Positions 20,752 to 34,470 of a stretch of 64,000 bases of DNA are shown here, piece after piece. Source of the stretch: Chromera velia (taxonomy: Eukaryota); the NCBI GenBank assembly GCA_018398765.1, contig JAHBMJ010000001.1:1-64000 (forward strand), written 5' to 3'. Within the stretch, counting starts at the first letter, position 1, and each line of letters starts with the position of its first letter. Position numbers and translations under genes: made by a program. Under the pieces are notes generated by a model that saw nothing but the letters and a program-made list of their open reading frames with translations, searched no databases and was not told the DNA's origin.

Positions 20752-23700
20752 ATGGTAGATGCCCAGGCGGAGATGGAGCAAGACGTGTGCAGAAAAGAGA
20801 GAGAGGGAAAGGTGGCCCTCTCCGTGCCCCCCCCGACCCGAGTGCGGCCCGGCTCTGCAATAGGAGGCGCCACTAGGGCCCTGAAGCAAAAGCAACCTGG
20901 GGCCTTTCCGGGCCGTCTGTTGTGCAGCAAGGGTGTGGAGGCAGCAGAAATGGAAGGAGAAACGGAGACAACCGAGGAAGTAACAGAGGGTGCCAAGGGA
21001 ACTGTCGAACAGAGGCGGAGGGGCAGGCACAGTGAAAAAACGGCAGCTCCTGCGTCCCCTTCCTTTTCATCTCAGACAGAAGACCGGATGCCCATGTCTC
21101 CTCGGGGCACCGAACAGGTACGTGTGCAGCTGTACTTATGCAATTGAGATGTTCTCTGCAGTACACATCCACAAAAGTCCACCATGTCTGTAGATGTCCT
21201 TCAAATTGCGTTCTTGTGGGCCACTTTATGGATGAGGCAGCAAGCGCGGAGAAGAGAGAATGAAAGTGGCTGACCTGAAAGTAAGGGCAAAGGGTTCAAT
21301 CATTCTGTTTGTTTCCTCGGTCGCTCCGGCCATTCGGACAAAAAAAGAAACTCTCGATCTGGTTTCAATTCTTTTAATTGTTTCTTTCAAAGGAACCTAC
21401 CTCGGTCCATACCAAGCACTCCATCAGTTGCTTCTGCGCAGAGAAAAAAAGACACAGTCTGCTGGCTCTCTCCCCATGAAATGAACATCTCTCTCGACAG
21501 CTAGATGTGTTCACACAGACGCTGCGGTATCTTGCAGGCTCTTGGTGACGGTGCGTGCATTTTCTGTATGAAATTCTGTATGAAAGAAAATGCATGCATA
21601 GATGTGTTCACACAGACGCTGCGGTATCTTGCAGGCTCTTGGTGTCGGTGCGTGCATTTTCTGTATGAAATTCTGTATGAAAGAAAATGCATGCATAGAT
21701 GTGTTCACACAGACGCTGCGGTATCTTGCAGGCTCTTGGTGACGGTGCGTGCATTTTCTGTATGGAATTCTGTATGAAAGAAAATGCATGCATAGATGTG
21801 TTCACACAGACGCTGCGGAATCTTGCAGGCTCTTGGTGGCGGTGCGTGCATTTTCTGTATGAAATTCTGTATGAAAGAAAATGCATGCATAGATGTGTTC
21901 ACACAGACGCTGCGGTATCTTGCAGGCTCTTGGTGACGGTGCGTGCATTTTCTGTATGGAATTCTGTATGAAAGAAAATGCATGCATAGATGTGTTCACA
22001 CAGACGCTGCGGTATCTTGCAGGCTCTTGGTGACGGTGCGTCAAGATACGAGCACCTGCGCACTTCCTCCTCTTCCTCCTGCAAGTTTCGCTCCGTCTCC
22101 AAAGAAGAGTCATTCACATTGTCCAACGCCCCCCATGAACAGCAAAGGGGTGCAAGTGTCGTTGGGGGAAGTGGGGTGGTTGAGGGTGCGCATCACTCCA
22201 GTGACTCGCATTTCGGCTCGATGTACTCCTTGACGTTGTTAGAAGGAGACAGAGAGAGGGAGGGGGGGGGAGGGTCGCTCATGGGGTCTGAATTCTCGTT
22301 CTGCGCGCGAACAGGATCAGCCCACCACAACCAGCCCCACTCCCGCTCACGCTCAGGCCCTCGTTCAAGGACAGGCAGACCCGAGCAAAGAAGTACAGCA
22401 GCAGGGGAAGAAGAAGAGGACCGAGGGGCATCTGCCATTCCTCGACGAGGCGGTGAGGGTGAAGGACGTGAGGATAGAAAGCAAACCACACGGAAGAGGG
22501 TCTCTGTGTCTGCTAGGGGGGACTCTTCCCCCTCTGCGTCACTCAGCGCGTCTCCTTCTCTTTGTTCGGCAACAGACGGATCAAGTCGGAGACACACTCA
22601 AAGCCTGAGTGGGTTCAGTAGAGAGAACCCGTTCCACGTCCACTCACAAGACCAACCTGAGCGCAGAAATGAGCACAGCAGCAGCAAGGATCATCCCAGT
22701 TTCTCCCAGGAGGACGCGCAGGATCACCCGAGTCTCTTGGAGTCCTCTCAGATCTCTGCTGCAGGGTCTAATAGTCACGGTGGTTGTGTTGTTGCAGGCA
22801 GAGGGAGAGGGAGAGAAAGAAACCTCTCTGGAGGTGCGACTTCCTCTGATACTTCTCCGAACAGATCCGTATCTGTCTCTGTGCAGACAGAGAAACGGAG
22901 TAGGCGAAGACGAGAGACGCTCTCTCAGTCTTTGTCTCTTTCTGATCAACCATCGGAGGAGAAGCAGCAGCGAGAGAATGAAAGGGAAAGGCGACCCTTC
23001 GGTTTGGATTCAACTAACGAAGTCACTGCGCAAGATGTAAAAGAGGTGCAGCCTAATGGCCAGAAACAGTCTCTGGCAGGTAGGAGCAGAAGGAGTGGAG
23101 ACGAATTTAGTCATTTTTCCACAGAGCAACACGAGGCCTCCGCTCAGCAAAGCCGCCGGCATGATCATCATCAAGATAGGCAGCAGACTCAGCAGCAGAG
23201 TTCTGCTGACCAGTCAGACTTTGTACAAGAGCAGCAAGAGAGAGAAAGATCTCTGCCCATTCAAGAAAGAGATCTCCGCTCCAAAAGAAGAGTCGACCTC
23301 CGGCCCTCTCCTCCCTCGGTGCCTCCACCCCAAGACACAATACCGCCCAGGGGGTCTGCACCCTCCGCTTCCTCTTCCCTTCCCTCTTCTTCATCCAAAG
23401 TCGCAAACGACAGAGCAGAAGGGAAGGGCCGACGTCCCAATATTCCATCTCCCTACTTTGAACCAATGAAGACAGAAACAAAGACTTCACAACCCCATGC
23501 AGACTTGGGTTTGCGTTCCAAGAGCGTCGAAGACACGAATCCAAAAGTGCAACAAAACCAGACTTCACCTCCCAAATCAGAAAAAGGACAGAGCCACAAT
23601 GGCCCCCCAGTCCCTTCCCCCCCCTCCACCACGTGTCCAGATCTCCCCACCGTTGCAGCGGAAGAAGAAGAAGAAGAGCAGCCTTCGAGTCTTCCGAGAC

Positions 23701-26700
23701 CCCATCCCACCGCAATCGTCAGAAGAAGAAAGAGAACCGCCGAGGGGGCCGAAGAAGAAGATGAGGGCCCGAATGACGTGTGTCTCTCGGGTGAACCAGA
23801 GGCACCTTCCGCTTCCGTCCGCTCCGGTCGAAGTTCCTACAGGTCCGTTGGTTCTCGTCCCCCCTCAGCGAGCAGTAACCACTTCAGGCTCCTGGGGGGG
23901 GTTGGGGGGGGTGCTTCGTCTTCCATGTCTGCTGCTGCCGCAGCCGCTGCAGCGATCGCCGCTGCCACTGCTGCATCCGCCGCCCCTTTGACCTCTGACG
24001 GTCTGCAGCCGCCTCCATGGGGTTTTGCCGCTTTGCAACAGCAGATGGGAGGCCGGGGGGCAATTGAGTATTCAGACCCTCTCCCCTCAACACCGGGTTC
24101 TGCTTCCAATGGGAGAATAGGGACAGCAAACTCAGAGGGTGCTAGGCCGAGAGGAGGTGGGGAGGGGCCGGCTATGCTGGTGCGGTCTCAGTCGCAGACG
24201 GGGCAAGTGAGTGCATCTTTCCATCAGGAGGGAGCAATGGGCAGGGAGATGAATTCACGTTTGCCTTTACCTGGAAGACGGAGTGCTCATGAATCTCCGT
24301 GTTGCAAGAAGGAAAAAGAAAGAGAGAAGGACCGAAGCAATCGTCCTTCCAGTCCGGCATCTTCGAGAAAGTCCAAATCTTCCGTCCATGCTCAGAGAGT
24401 TCTCGAAAAACTCTTTGAGACGCCCTCTCTGGTTGAGACCATTCAGTCTGAAGTAGCTCGCACCATGGCACAGTTCTTTACATCCTTCTCCTCGGGCCCT
24501 CGAGTTCTTTCCAATGTTCCTCCTGATGAAGGAGGAGGAGCGTCATGTCAGTCTAATGAAGGTCCAACCAACACCCCCGCCTCTGCGTGTGTTCCTCATG
24601 AGGCGAAAGGGCCTCCGACAAAATCCGAGGGAGAGGGAGAAGAAACCGCTGGGCAAGAGGGTGCTGTACGTGGACACAAGCAAAAGAAAGATGGTCATGA
24701 AGAAGAGGGCAGTCAGGCTCCACGTGCGACCAGTCAAACTCCCGACTTGCCTGACGAAGAGCCAGACAATCTAATACCAGAGGAGAGAGGCAGAATGGAG
24801 GAGGCTGCTGTTGTTATTACAAACCCCCAGGCTGAGGCTCATCACCCTTTGGTTCAGAGCTTCACCGACCAAAACCAGAAAACGTCCGAACGTTCTACCT
24901 GCCGCCATCCCCACACTGCAGGCGATGCCTCCCCCCAACAACAACAACAACAAAAGCATCAGCACTCAAATGAGGCGACGAGCACCGGTGCCCGTTTTCA
25001 GATGCAGCCCTCAGACCCTCTCACATCTTCCGTTCCAGCTTCATCAAACCACACTGCTTCTGGGGGTGTGAATAATCTGAGTGAAGTTTGCAAACACCCA
25101 CCCATCCCCCCTTCTTCTCAGCCCCCCCATGCGCAAAGAGCGTTTGATGCTGCTCTCAAACCAACAGCAGACAGCGGATCCCACCTCGGTCCCCGCCCTC
25201 CCTTTTCCCTTCAAGGGGCTGACTTCAGTCTCTCTCAGTTGGCACTCCTGACTGAAGCATTGCAGGCTGCAGGAATCGCGCTGGTCCACAACAAAGCAGC
25301 CGCAGCCGCAGCTGCTGTGCAACCAGAAAAGATCCCCGAGACCAATTCCTTGCTGAAGGAAACCAGTGGAGTCGAACCAGAGAAGAATGTGTTTAGCAAC
25401 AGAAGCACAGCTTTAGAGCCTGTGAAAATGCGGCTGCCAACGCTGTCCGACAAGGCGCCCTCCGAGGCCTCAGCAAGACCTGGGGGTAAAATGGAAACTC
25501 CTCGCATAGCTCTAGACACTCTGGTCACCCAAGAAGATTCCATTCCTCCCTCTTCCTGCAGAAGCGAAAAGGAACAGGATTTTACTCTTGTGGTGGGGGC
25601 AAAAGGGGAGTTGCTCTTAAGAGCTGTGGCAGCAGACGCAAAGAAGAAAAGGGAAAAAGAGAAGCAGGGACATTTCAGAAAACCTTCCGGCGCCGGGGAA
25701 CGATCTCTGGTCCAAAGAAGAAAAACATCGTCCGATCACTCTCTTTTGACACCACCACCCCAGCAGCTCCCAGATGCCGCTGAGTTATTTGCCAAGTTGA
25801 CGTCTCCAACGCAAAAGATGAAATTTGATTCAAGCTCCAACGACTCTTCGGCTAACTTCAATGCATCCACACGTGAGAGTCGAAGGGCTGTGCGGCAGAA
25901 GGAGAATTTGCCCTCGAATGGCCCGCCACCTCCGAGAACACGGGGCAGAGAAGAGAACCACCAACTCCCTCCCCCTTCTTTCCCCTCCTCTTCAGCGATA
26001 GGGAAGAAAGCAAAAACCATGAGCAAGGATCTTTCCCCAGACACTTTTGTGCTACCACAGCAGGAGGTCACTGTCATGACCGCCTTCTTGGATTCTCACG
26101 TCTCCATTCCTCCCCCAGCTGCCCAGTCCCCCCTCCCCCACCAGGCAAGGCCAAATGTCCAGGCCCCTGCACGTCCCAGTCCCCTTCCTCACCAAGAACC
26201 CCAAAGAAAGGACAGAGACCAAATTCGATCAGAGACATCAAACAGGCCTCTGTCAAAGTCTGCTGTCTTGCCTGTGCCAGTCCGCACAACCCAAGCGCTA
26301 TCCCCTACATCACGAGAGAAAGATCCAAAACCCGCAGACAGAGTTTCCTCGCCACTCCGAAGACAACAATCCGCACCCCCCCAAGCGCTCATGGCGGCTG
26401 CCGCCCCAACTTCCCAGCCGGCAGGTTCCGGTGTGGCAGCTGCACACCAGGAGGCCGTCTCGAAGGTTCTCTTTGCAGCTGCACAAGGGAAGCAACTATT
26501 CGAGCCTCTTTTCCAACCAGCGCAGCCGCCTCGTCCTCCCCAACCCCAAGCAGCAGCTCCCATCGAAGCACAGCCAAACGCAGCAGCACCCCCTCAGAGA
26601 GCGCCCTCTGCAGGAGACAGACCTTCCAAGCCTGCCCATCAAACAAACCCTGGGGGTGTCTCGTTTGTTATGCCCTCAGAGACGCTGGAGGCCTCCAAGA

Positions 26701-29700
26701 GTCTCTGGGGCCTAGAGTCGACCGCCTCTCTGGTCGATCCCTCTCAACAGTTCCCCAAGCCCTCAAAGGACTCAAGGGGGTCTAGAGCCAAGCCGTTAGT
26801 GCCTAGACCTGAGAGTGGGGTGAACGATCTGAGGACGCCAGTGAGACTCTCCACTGCACCGCAACGAGCAAGGCAGGCAGACAGGCCACAAAGCCCTCAG
26901 CCAATGGTCAGTCGATTTCGTCATGCTCTTCCGGGAATTCTCTTTCCATTCCGCTTCTTCCTGTCCGTTGCTTTCTTTCATGCATAAATACTTTCTCGGT
27001 CCTGCCCTTTTTCTTCGATATACGGAGGCACGCTTCCTTCCTTTTGTGGGGGGGGCTTTTTGGTTGGCTTCCCTCTTTGTCCTGTCTCCATCTGTCTCCC
27101 TCCTCGACTGTTGCTGCAAAGTTTCACTCGAAAAGTAATGACGGGTCTCCTTTTCCTTGTACATCCTTCAGATGACTGCCCAGAAGGCTCCACCTTTCAA
27201 ATCATGCGTGTATGTATATAATATGCACGTGCAAAGACGTATATACACATGTATATTTGTGTGTGTGTATTTGTGTGCAGCCCGTCGGAGCGAGACCCCT
27301 CCCGATAGGGAAGATGCCCTCCCTCCACGGTCCCCCCCCTCCCATGCACAACCAGTCCGCCCTCTTCACTTCCAAAATGTCCATCGACCCTCTCCTCTCA
27401 CCCTCCCAGAGGTCCTGCAGCATGGCATGCAGAGACATGCCGAGCTCACCCCCCGCGTCCCCCCACAGACGAGGGAGGCGTTGCTGTGCACAGCTGCACC
27501 ATGGTCTCTCCACACAGCCCCCTCCCAAACCCACCCATCTACAAACTTCACAGCCGCCCTCCCCCGCACGCCCTCTGAGGTCTGCCTGGTCACCGGTCAA
27601 GTCTCTCATCGCACCAGCCACCGTTCGAGTCCCATGCGGTATCCCACCTCCCTCCCCCCACCGCCATCGTGCGCTCCCATGCACACAACCACCCCCAGGC
27701 TCCACTTGCTGCTCGCCCCGCCCTCTGCCTGTCTGCTCCTCTCCAGCTCCAGCAGTGGTCTCCTGCTCAGCTGGGGGCAGCACTTGGCCCTGCATCTCTG
27801 GGAGTGCAGAGGAGATAGTGCGGTCGTGCTTCGCATCTCTTCAGCAACCCCCTCAGGGAAGGGGGGTTCCTCGGCACATGGAGAAGGTGGTCAAGGGACT
27901 GTGCGAAGTAATGGCCTGGTCATCCACTCAGAAGGGTAGACTGAAACCCGACGACATTTACGACAGAGTCGTCAAGCTTACTCGAGGGGCGGCTGGAGGA
28001 GGAGGGGGAGTAGATCCTGCTGCTGCAGGGGGGCAGGTGCCTCTTGTGGCTCAGTCGCAGCTTCTTCCTCCAGTGTGCGGTGCTTCAGGCCCGACCGTTA
28101 CACGAGTCTTGTCTCCGGGTCCTGCCAAGACACGGCCCCAGACGTCCCCCCACATTCCTTTCCGTCTCCGCAAACTTGATTCCTTCTCGAGTGAGTCCAG
28201 TCTGACGGCCTCTCAGGGTCTTCTACAGCCGTTGACGGGAATGATTGCCCGAGCACGGGGGGAAGGAGAGCCGGTCGGGAGAATCCATTGGAGGGGGGAT
28301 GAGCTTGGGAATGTGAGCAAGGACAAAGGGAAGAACAAGGGGTTTGGGAAGTCCAAGCATATTGGGGAGTTGCACAGAAGAGACGATGCACTGTCCGACT
28401 CGATGTCGACAGTCTCCCTCACAGAAACCCTCCCGAGACAGAGGGTAGAGAAGAGGAGGGGGAAGAGAGATGATGAAGAGTTGAGCCACAGGGGGCGTGA
28501 GGGAAGGAAAAAAGAAGTGAGGAAAGCCCCAGGTGATTCGGATTCCGACGGGAGACGTGAGGGTCGAGGGAAAGATGTGAGAGAAAGACGGAGAAGTTCT
28601 GCTGCTCTCTCACCACCCGTTAGACGAGAGAGTAACGCAGGGAGGCATGACGACAAGAAGGAAAGACGCGGAAGTACAGGGACAGCCAAAGAAGGAAAAC
28701 GCCAGACGGCAGACAAATATCGAAGGTCAAGTTTACCCTCCGACACCATGCAGCCTCAGCCGTCTCAAACAGGCAGACGTCAGTCGATGCCTGCAGCCTT
28801 CAATCAGAAAGCGATGCAGCCTCTATCTCCAGAGAAGCTCATGGGTCTCCCCCCTCCCCTTCCTCCTCACGTTCCCTTTCCGCCTTCAAGTCGCTCCGAA
28901 GGCGAGCAGCCGATCCCTCCTCAGGCCTCCTCAGAGGCAGTTGTGCGTGACTACGTGCCTACTGCCGTGGGGACAAACAAAAGAAGGTCCTCACAACAAT
29001 CACTCCCAGACGAAGGAGGGAAAACCAGCAGCCGACGTCCAAGTGTCGTCCCCCCAGTTCCCATTCAAATTGTCTCCCCCCCTTCCCATCCAGCCCAGCA
29101 GATGATCACCCCCCAGCGCCCTTCCTCACGCAGCCGCAGCCCCTCAGTTGTCCCCAACCACCCCTCAAGCCCTCCCCAAGCAGCGCCCCAAGAGACGCGC
29201 ATGATCTCCCCCCAGCGACCCTCCAGCCGTCGGGCCTCTGCGGTCCCTGTCGGGGACAACCAGCCCAGTGCAGCAACAGGTCAGCAGACTGCCGGGAGAC
29301 GCAAATTCACAGCCACAGCCACAGCACCGCTTCATCATCACGTCTCTTCTCAAAGTCGCCGTCAGTCTGTGAATCAAGAAAAACCTCCAAACGGGGAGCC
29401 TCTACAGTCCATTGAAGGAAGACGCCAGTCTGCGGTCACCCAGACGAGCAGCCGTCCAGCAGGGGCCAATGAAACAAGGAGGGAGTCTCAGAGCAGACCC
29501 ACACATCCCCCTGTGGAGGTCACCACTGAGGAGAAGGCGGCAGGGCCGTCTGCCGCGATATCAAGGAGAGTCTCTGTAGCCCCGACAGGGGGAACTGTGA
29601 ATGCGAAACCGACGCAGCGAAATTCACAGACGCAGGATTCAGTTGCAGAAGCAGCTGCGGATGTTCTGCGCACACGCACGCGTTCGTCCGTCTCCCACCC

Positions 29701-32248
29701 TTCTGTCCCTCAACGTCGTCAGAGCACAAGAGGAGAGGGGGAAGACACCCGAGGAGGACCCGAACCTCTAGCTCCCGCAGCTGCAGAAACCTCTAGACCC
29801 GCAAGTGCCCGCTCAGCTGCTGGTTCTGCTTCCTCTCGACGAGGGAGTCGGGTGGTGCCCCGAGAGGAAGGCCGTGACGATGCAGGGGGGGGGGCTGAAA
29901 GGTCCAGGAGACAAAGCACAGCCTCTGCCCGGAACGGAAGGCGCAGGTCTGTCACGTCTGACAGAGTGTACGAAGAAGCACCCTCAGCTGCGGTCTCCGG
30001 CGCTCTAGACACAACCCCGCCCCCCGCCTCCTTTCCACCCTCTCACAACACACATTCCGCAGCGCGTATCTCCCACCCCCCCCGCGCAAGAGAAGAAGAA
30101 CGCAGACACTCCCAAAGAGGAAGAGGGCGACAGGACGACTCCACGTCTGAGCGCTCTGCTTTCACGGCTTCGCGTGCCATCCACTCCACGGCCCATTCAC
30201 GCCCCCCCTCTCAGCCCGTAGAGCGCAGACACAGCAGAAGAGCCAGTCGCACAGAGAGTAACGTCAATGCCCCGCCACGCAGACAGTCGACAGCTTCCCA
30301 CACAGGCTCCGTCCCAAGGTCTCAAGGCAGACGAAGGTCCAATTACGGAGACGGAGAGCGACCCTCAGGCGAAGCTGACGCACGCCGGGACAGTCACTTC
30401 TCGTTCTCCAGAGAAGGGGAGGGAGGCCCCCCCCCGTTTGCTAGTGGAGGCCCTCTGGGACGCAGTGGAGGCGGAGACTCTCACAGCACCGCGCGATCTG
30501 GTCCCTCGATCAAACCGCAGAGGCCGCAGACTGCCCATCAGTCTCGGAGGGAGAGCATGAACCCAAAGCAGAAGGAGACAGCTGACTGGGGCCGTGACCC
30601 CCCGATTGGAGGGAGTCGAAGAATGCACGGTCGTGCGTCCGTCCCAGACCTGCATGCTCATATGCAGAAACAGAATCATCACAGTTCCATGTCTGCACTC
30701 CCCCCCGTCGTCTCCCTTCCACCCGAAAATCGACGAAACCGAAGGGGAAGCTCCCCATTTGACTACAAAATTTCAGAAAAGAGCAGGAGGGGGAGTGTGG
30801 ACAATCGTCTGATTGCTGAGGGACAGAGAAGAGAGGTTTCTGCAACTCGGGCCTTCCAAGCAGCAGACATGCACAGACCCACCGAGCCTGCTGAAGGTCC
30901 CGACTACTACCAGCCACACCGACGGGCCTCCTCCTACCAGCCCCCCCCCCAAGCAGCAGACATTCGGCCTGTTGCCCCCTTCGTCCCTGAAGACTGGCAA
31001 CGGCGTCCCTCCACTTCCTACAACGCCGTTAGATCTCCCTCTGTTCCCCCTGACGTCGCTATGATGGCTGCAGGTAGGAGGGACCCCCTGCTTGTGGGAG
31101 GAGAGGGGGGTCGACCCTCGTCTGCTGATAGGTCAAGGGGAAGGAGGAGGACTGAGCAGTGGAGTCCTGCAGAAGCAGGAGGTGGGAGGCTCGTTCCTCA
31201 TCGGAGACCTTCCAGAAGAGAGCACGAGGAGTACTGGCAGAAGACGCCGAGTCCCGAGAGGAGCACTCTCCCTCCTCCCGTCTCTCCATTCTCACGAAAG
31301 ACGAACTACGGGGGGAAAGAGGGAGGAGGAGAAGCCAGTGGAGGGGCATCACGCGGGTTCATTGGAAGGAGAGCGTCGGTGGGGTATGTCTCGCCTGACA
31401 GGCCGCTGCCGCCAAGACAGAGGAGTGCATCTAGGGAGTCACACCCACGCTCACGTCCACCAAAACAATCCGACATCATGTACAGCAACCATCCTCACCA
31501 CACATCCCAAGAAACGTCCAGTGAGATGCCTCTTCTCCCTCTGTCTCATGACAGCAGAACAGGCGAGGAAGGACCTCGACGTCCCTCATCAAGTCACCCC
31601 CCCGAGCCGCCTCCTCAAGTCCGGAGGCCGAGCGGGGACGCGGCTTCGTCTGGAACCAGAGGCCGAGGCAGGCCCCCTTCCGAGCCCCGAAATCCGTCAC
31701 AGCCAGCTGAAAGGCGCCGCCACTCCCAGTCTTATCCGAGTCTGTTCCCCTCCTCCCCACCCAGGGGACGGCGTGCGTCAATGGCGGTGCATGGGGGGAA
31801 TTACCGCAGAGAGACACAGGAAAGTGAGAGGGGAGGAGGAGAGTACAGAAGACGATCAGTTGCCGTGCCCCCGGGAGTAGAGCAAAGGGGGGGAAGGCCC
31901 CAGAGGTACGCAGACGATTTTTTGAATCCGAATGCGGTAGTCAGGGAAAGGGGGTGGGGAGACGAACAGACGCCAAACTTTGGGTCATTTAATTCCGGAG
32001 CAAACTTTAGAAAGGGGTCTGCAGGGTTCTTTCCCTCTTCCTCTCCGGAGAAGGATAATAGACAGACGGGGGCAGAGACAGACGGAGACAGAATAGATTT
32101 TCACAGTGAGATTGAAAGGGAACGACAGAGAGACAGGGTTACAGGAGAGGGGGGTAGAAGGGCATCTACCGCTTCTTCAGGAAGAGGGGGGGTAGGAGGG
32201 GGAGGGGGAGGGGGAGGACGTCGATTGTCTGTAGGAGGGCGGACATGA
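20752..32248 (+). CDS. Very large low-complexity Ser/Pro/Arg-rich hypothetical protein, ~3400 aa; exons 20752-21117, 22023-26906, 27281-32248
   Basis: Two ORFs of over 1600 codons joined by phase-0 GT-AG introns (CAG|gtacg, ttgcag|GCT, ATG|gtcagt, tgcag|CCC). Start codon and possible small exons uncertain. Confidence 0.8.
21502..22041 (+). repeat. 97-bp tandem repeat (5 units plus 55 bp) spanning the intron 1/exon 2 junction
   Basis: Units start at 21502, 21599, 21696, 21793, 21890, 21987. Each full unit has ttgcag|GCTCTTGG and the hairpin TGCATTTTCT...AGAAAATGCA. Confidence 0.97.
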
Positions 32249-33529
32249 TCGATCGCGTTGCCCTTCTCTCTTAATATCAAATCTTTAGCAGTTTGTTGGA
32301 AGGAGAAGAAAGCGCATCGGATGGAAGGGGGGGCTGCTAGTCTTTAACTTTTGGAAGCCTCGGTGATGCATGCAGGGGGGTTCTCATGCATCCATGCAGG
32401 CCGGGAGGGTCAAGCAGTCAAGACTGATTTAATTGAGAGAGGGGACCATCTGACTGTCTGGGAGGGTTGAAAGACAAGAATTAGAACTTTGAAGTGGTTT
32501 TGCTGGACTTGTGTGCATCAATACAAAGACAATGGCGCTTTCTTTTACCCCCACTCAGTCGGACTGCTCCCTGTGACAAATAGAATCGTCCTGTAACAAT
32601 TTTTCCTGGCATCGTCAGTCATCGGAATTTAAAAGCTGTAACCAGGTTGGATACCCACTGAAGTTTGTCATTTTGTTGCAAAAGCAGGATCGCCTTGTCC
32701 AGAATGATTTCCTACGATGAGACTATACGGAAAATTCAGCTTTAAAGTTTAAACAATTGGTTCTGTATGTTTGCGACTTGACAACTTGAACGCTTAAATT
32801 AATGTTTGCGTATAGATATTCGATACAATTTTTGATGATAAACACATCTAGGAGCCTACAAATCGAGACATTCAAATTGTCTTTATCCTCGTCACTCGTA
32901 TGTATTTATTATTATATGATGGGTTTTATATCTAAAATAATGAGATTATAATATGATGATTAGTACTTGAAGAGACAAATTGAAACTGAAGCTACCCTGT
33001 AAGAATTATTTTTTTAGCTAATATTTTAGCTAGTTTTCCAGATTTTTATCCTTTTAACCGGCTGTATAGTTCTAAGATATACTGGTTTATATCTCGTCCA
33101 GTACTTAGTCGAGTATACAGTAAACTATCTATTGTAAAAGACAAAGATCCTACGGAAGATCAAAAAGAATTTGAGGGTAAAATAAAATAATATAATCATC
33201 ACACATTATTGTTATCGGCCCATACATGAGCTTTTAATTGTCAGACCTAGTCTCAGATGTTTGGCTGGTTCGGTATGCAGTCAGACACACTACTATAAGG
33301 CAGTCTTAATTAAAGTTAATTAATTCTCTAATAAAAGAAGATGACAGTGATCATAACACTGGAAAAGCCTCAGGCTAGGCCTCAGGCTGAAACGGACTTA
33401 AAAGGACAACTTTATAAGGAAACTTGAATAGAACTTTTATGCAGTCTTTCATTTATATGACTCGATCATACAGAGTATGAAAATGAAGACTCGGATTCTG
33501 TTTGATAACTTCATAATTAGGTTTATAAT

Positions 33530-34272
33530 TGTAATCAGCCACTTATAGGAAGGAGGCGGGCATGCATTCATCACTGAATCATCAGCCCGACTTGGCCGGT
33601 CCCAAGCCGCTGCGTTGCCTTTCGGTGCGGCGGGGCTTGAGGCATTATGGAGAAAATGCATGCGTCAATCCATGTCGTGAAGTTGCTTGGTGAAACACTC
33701 AAGATGATTCGATGGAACAACCCTCGATCAATGAGAGCAGAAGCCGGACAAACGTCTTGCATAATTGTATTATCCTGTATAGAGAACCGTATAAATAATA
33801 ATGAATGACTAGACTGATGTTTTTGACTGGACCCTTCTAGTTTATTTCATGGTAGTAGAGCCAATGTCCATTAAGCTTTTACTCCATTTTTTCACTTCTC
33901 TCTCCTCTCCTTCTGTCATGTCGACCCCATCTCCGATTATCCTGTAAAAAAGAAAAAAAAAAAAAGAAAGGAATACATGTAATCAGCCACTTATAGAGAG
34001 GAGGCGGGCGTGTATTGGTTGGCCCGACTTGGCCGGTCCCAAGCCGCTGCGTTACCTATCGGTGCGGCAGGGCTTGAGGCATTACGGAGAAAATGCATGC
34101 GTCAATCCATGCCGTGAAGTTGCTTGGTGAAACACTCAGGGTAATTCGATGGAACAACTCTCGATCGATGAGAGTAGAAGCCGGACAAACGTCTTGCATT
34201 ATTATTCCTGTATAGAGAACCGTGTAAGTGACTAGACTGATGTCCTTAAGTGGACCCTTCTAGTTCATTTCA
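33530..34272 (+). mobile_element. TRIM-like miniature LTR retrotransposon (LTRs 33530-33849 and 33978-34272, 128-bp non-coding interior)
   Basis: Both repeats TGT...TCA; TSD ATAAT (33525-33529, 34273-34277); PBS TGGTAGTAGAGC at 33850; purine tract before the second LTR. Confidence 0.9.
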
Positions 34273-34470
34273 ATAATGACTAGTACTAGTAGCAGCATAA
34301 TGAGTTGAACTGGGATCAGTTCATACATCATTGCATCCCACTGACACTACTGCCAATACATGCATGGGAGTTACATGATGGTGGTGGCCTGACCTGGCGT
34401 CACTCAGTATGTCACGGTCTAGGTCACGATGTTGCCCTAATTGACAAAGGTTGGAAAACGCGTGCCTAGC

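Noticed and set aside
33239..34346. Possible outer LTR (TGTCAG...CTGACA) around the TRIM, sharing TCATACAGAGTATG with the solo LTR
   Set aside because: Flanks TTAAT and CTACT do not form a TSD; the shared 14-mer does not extend.
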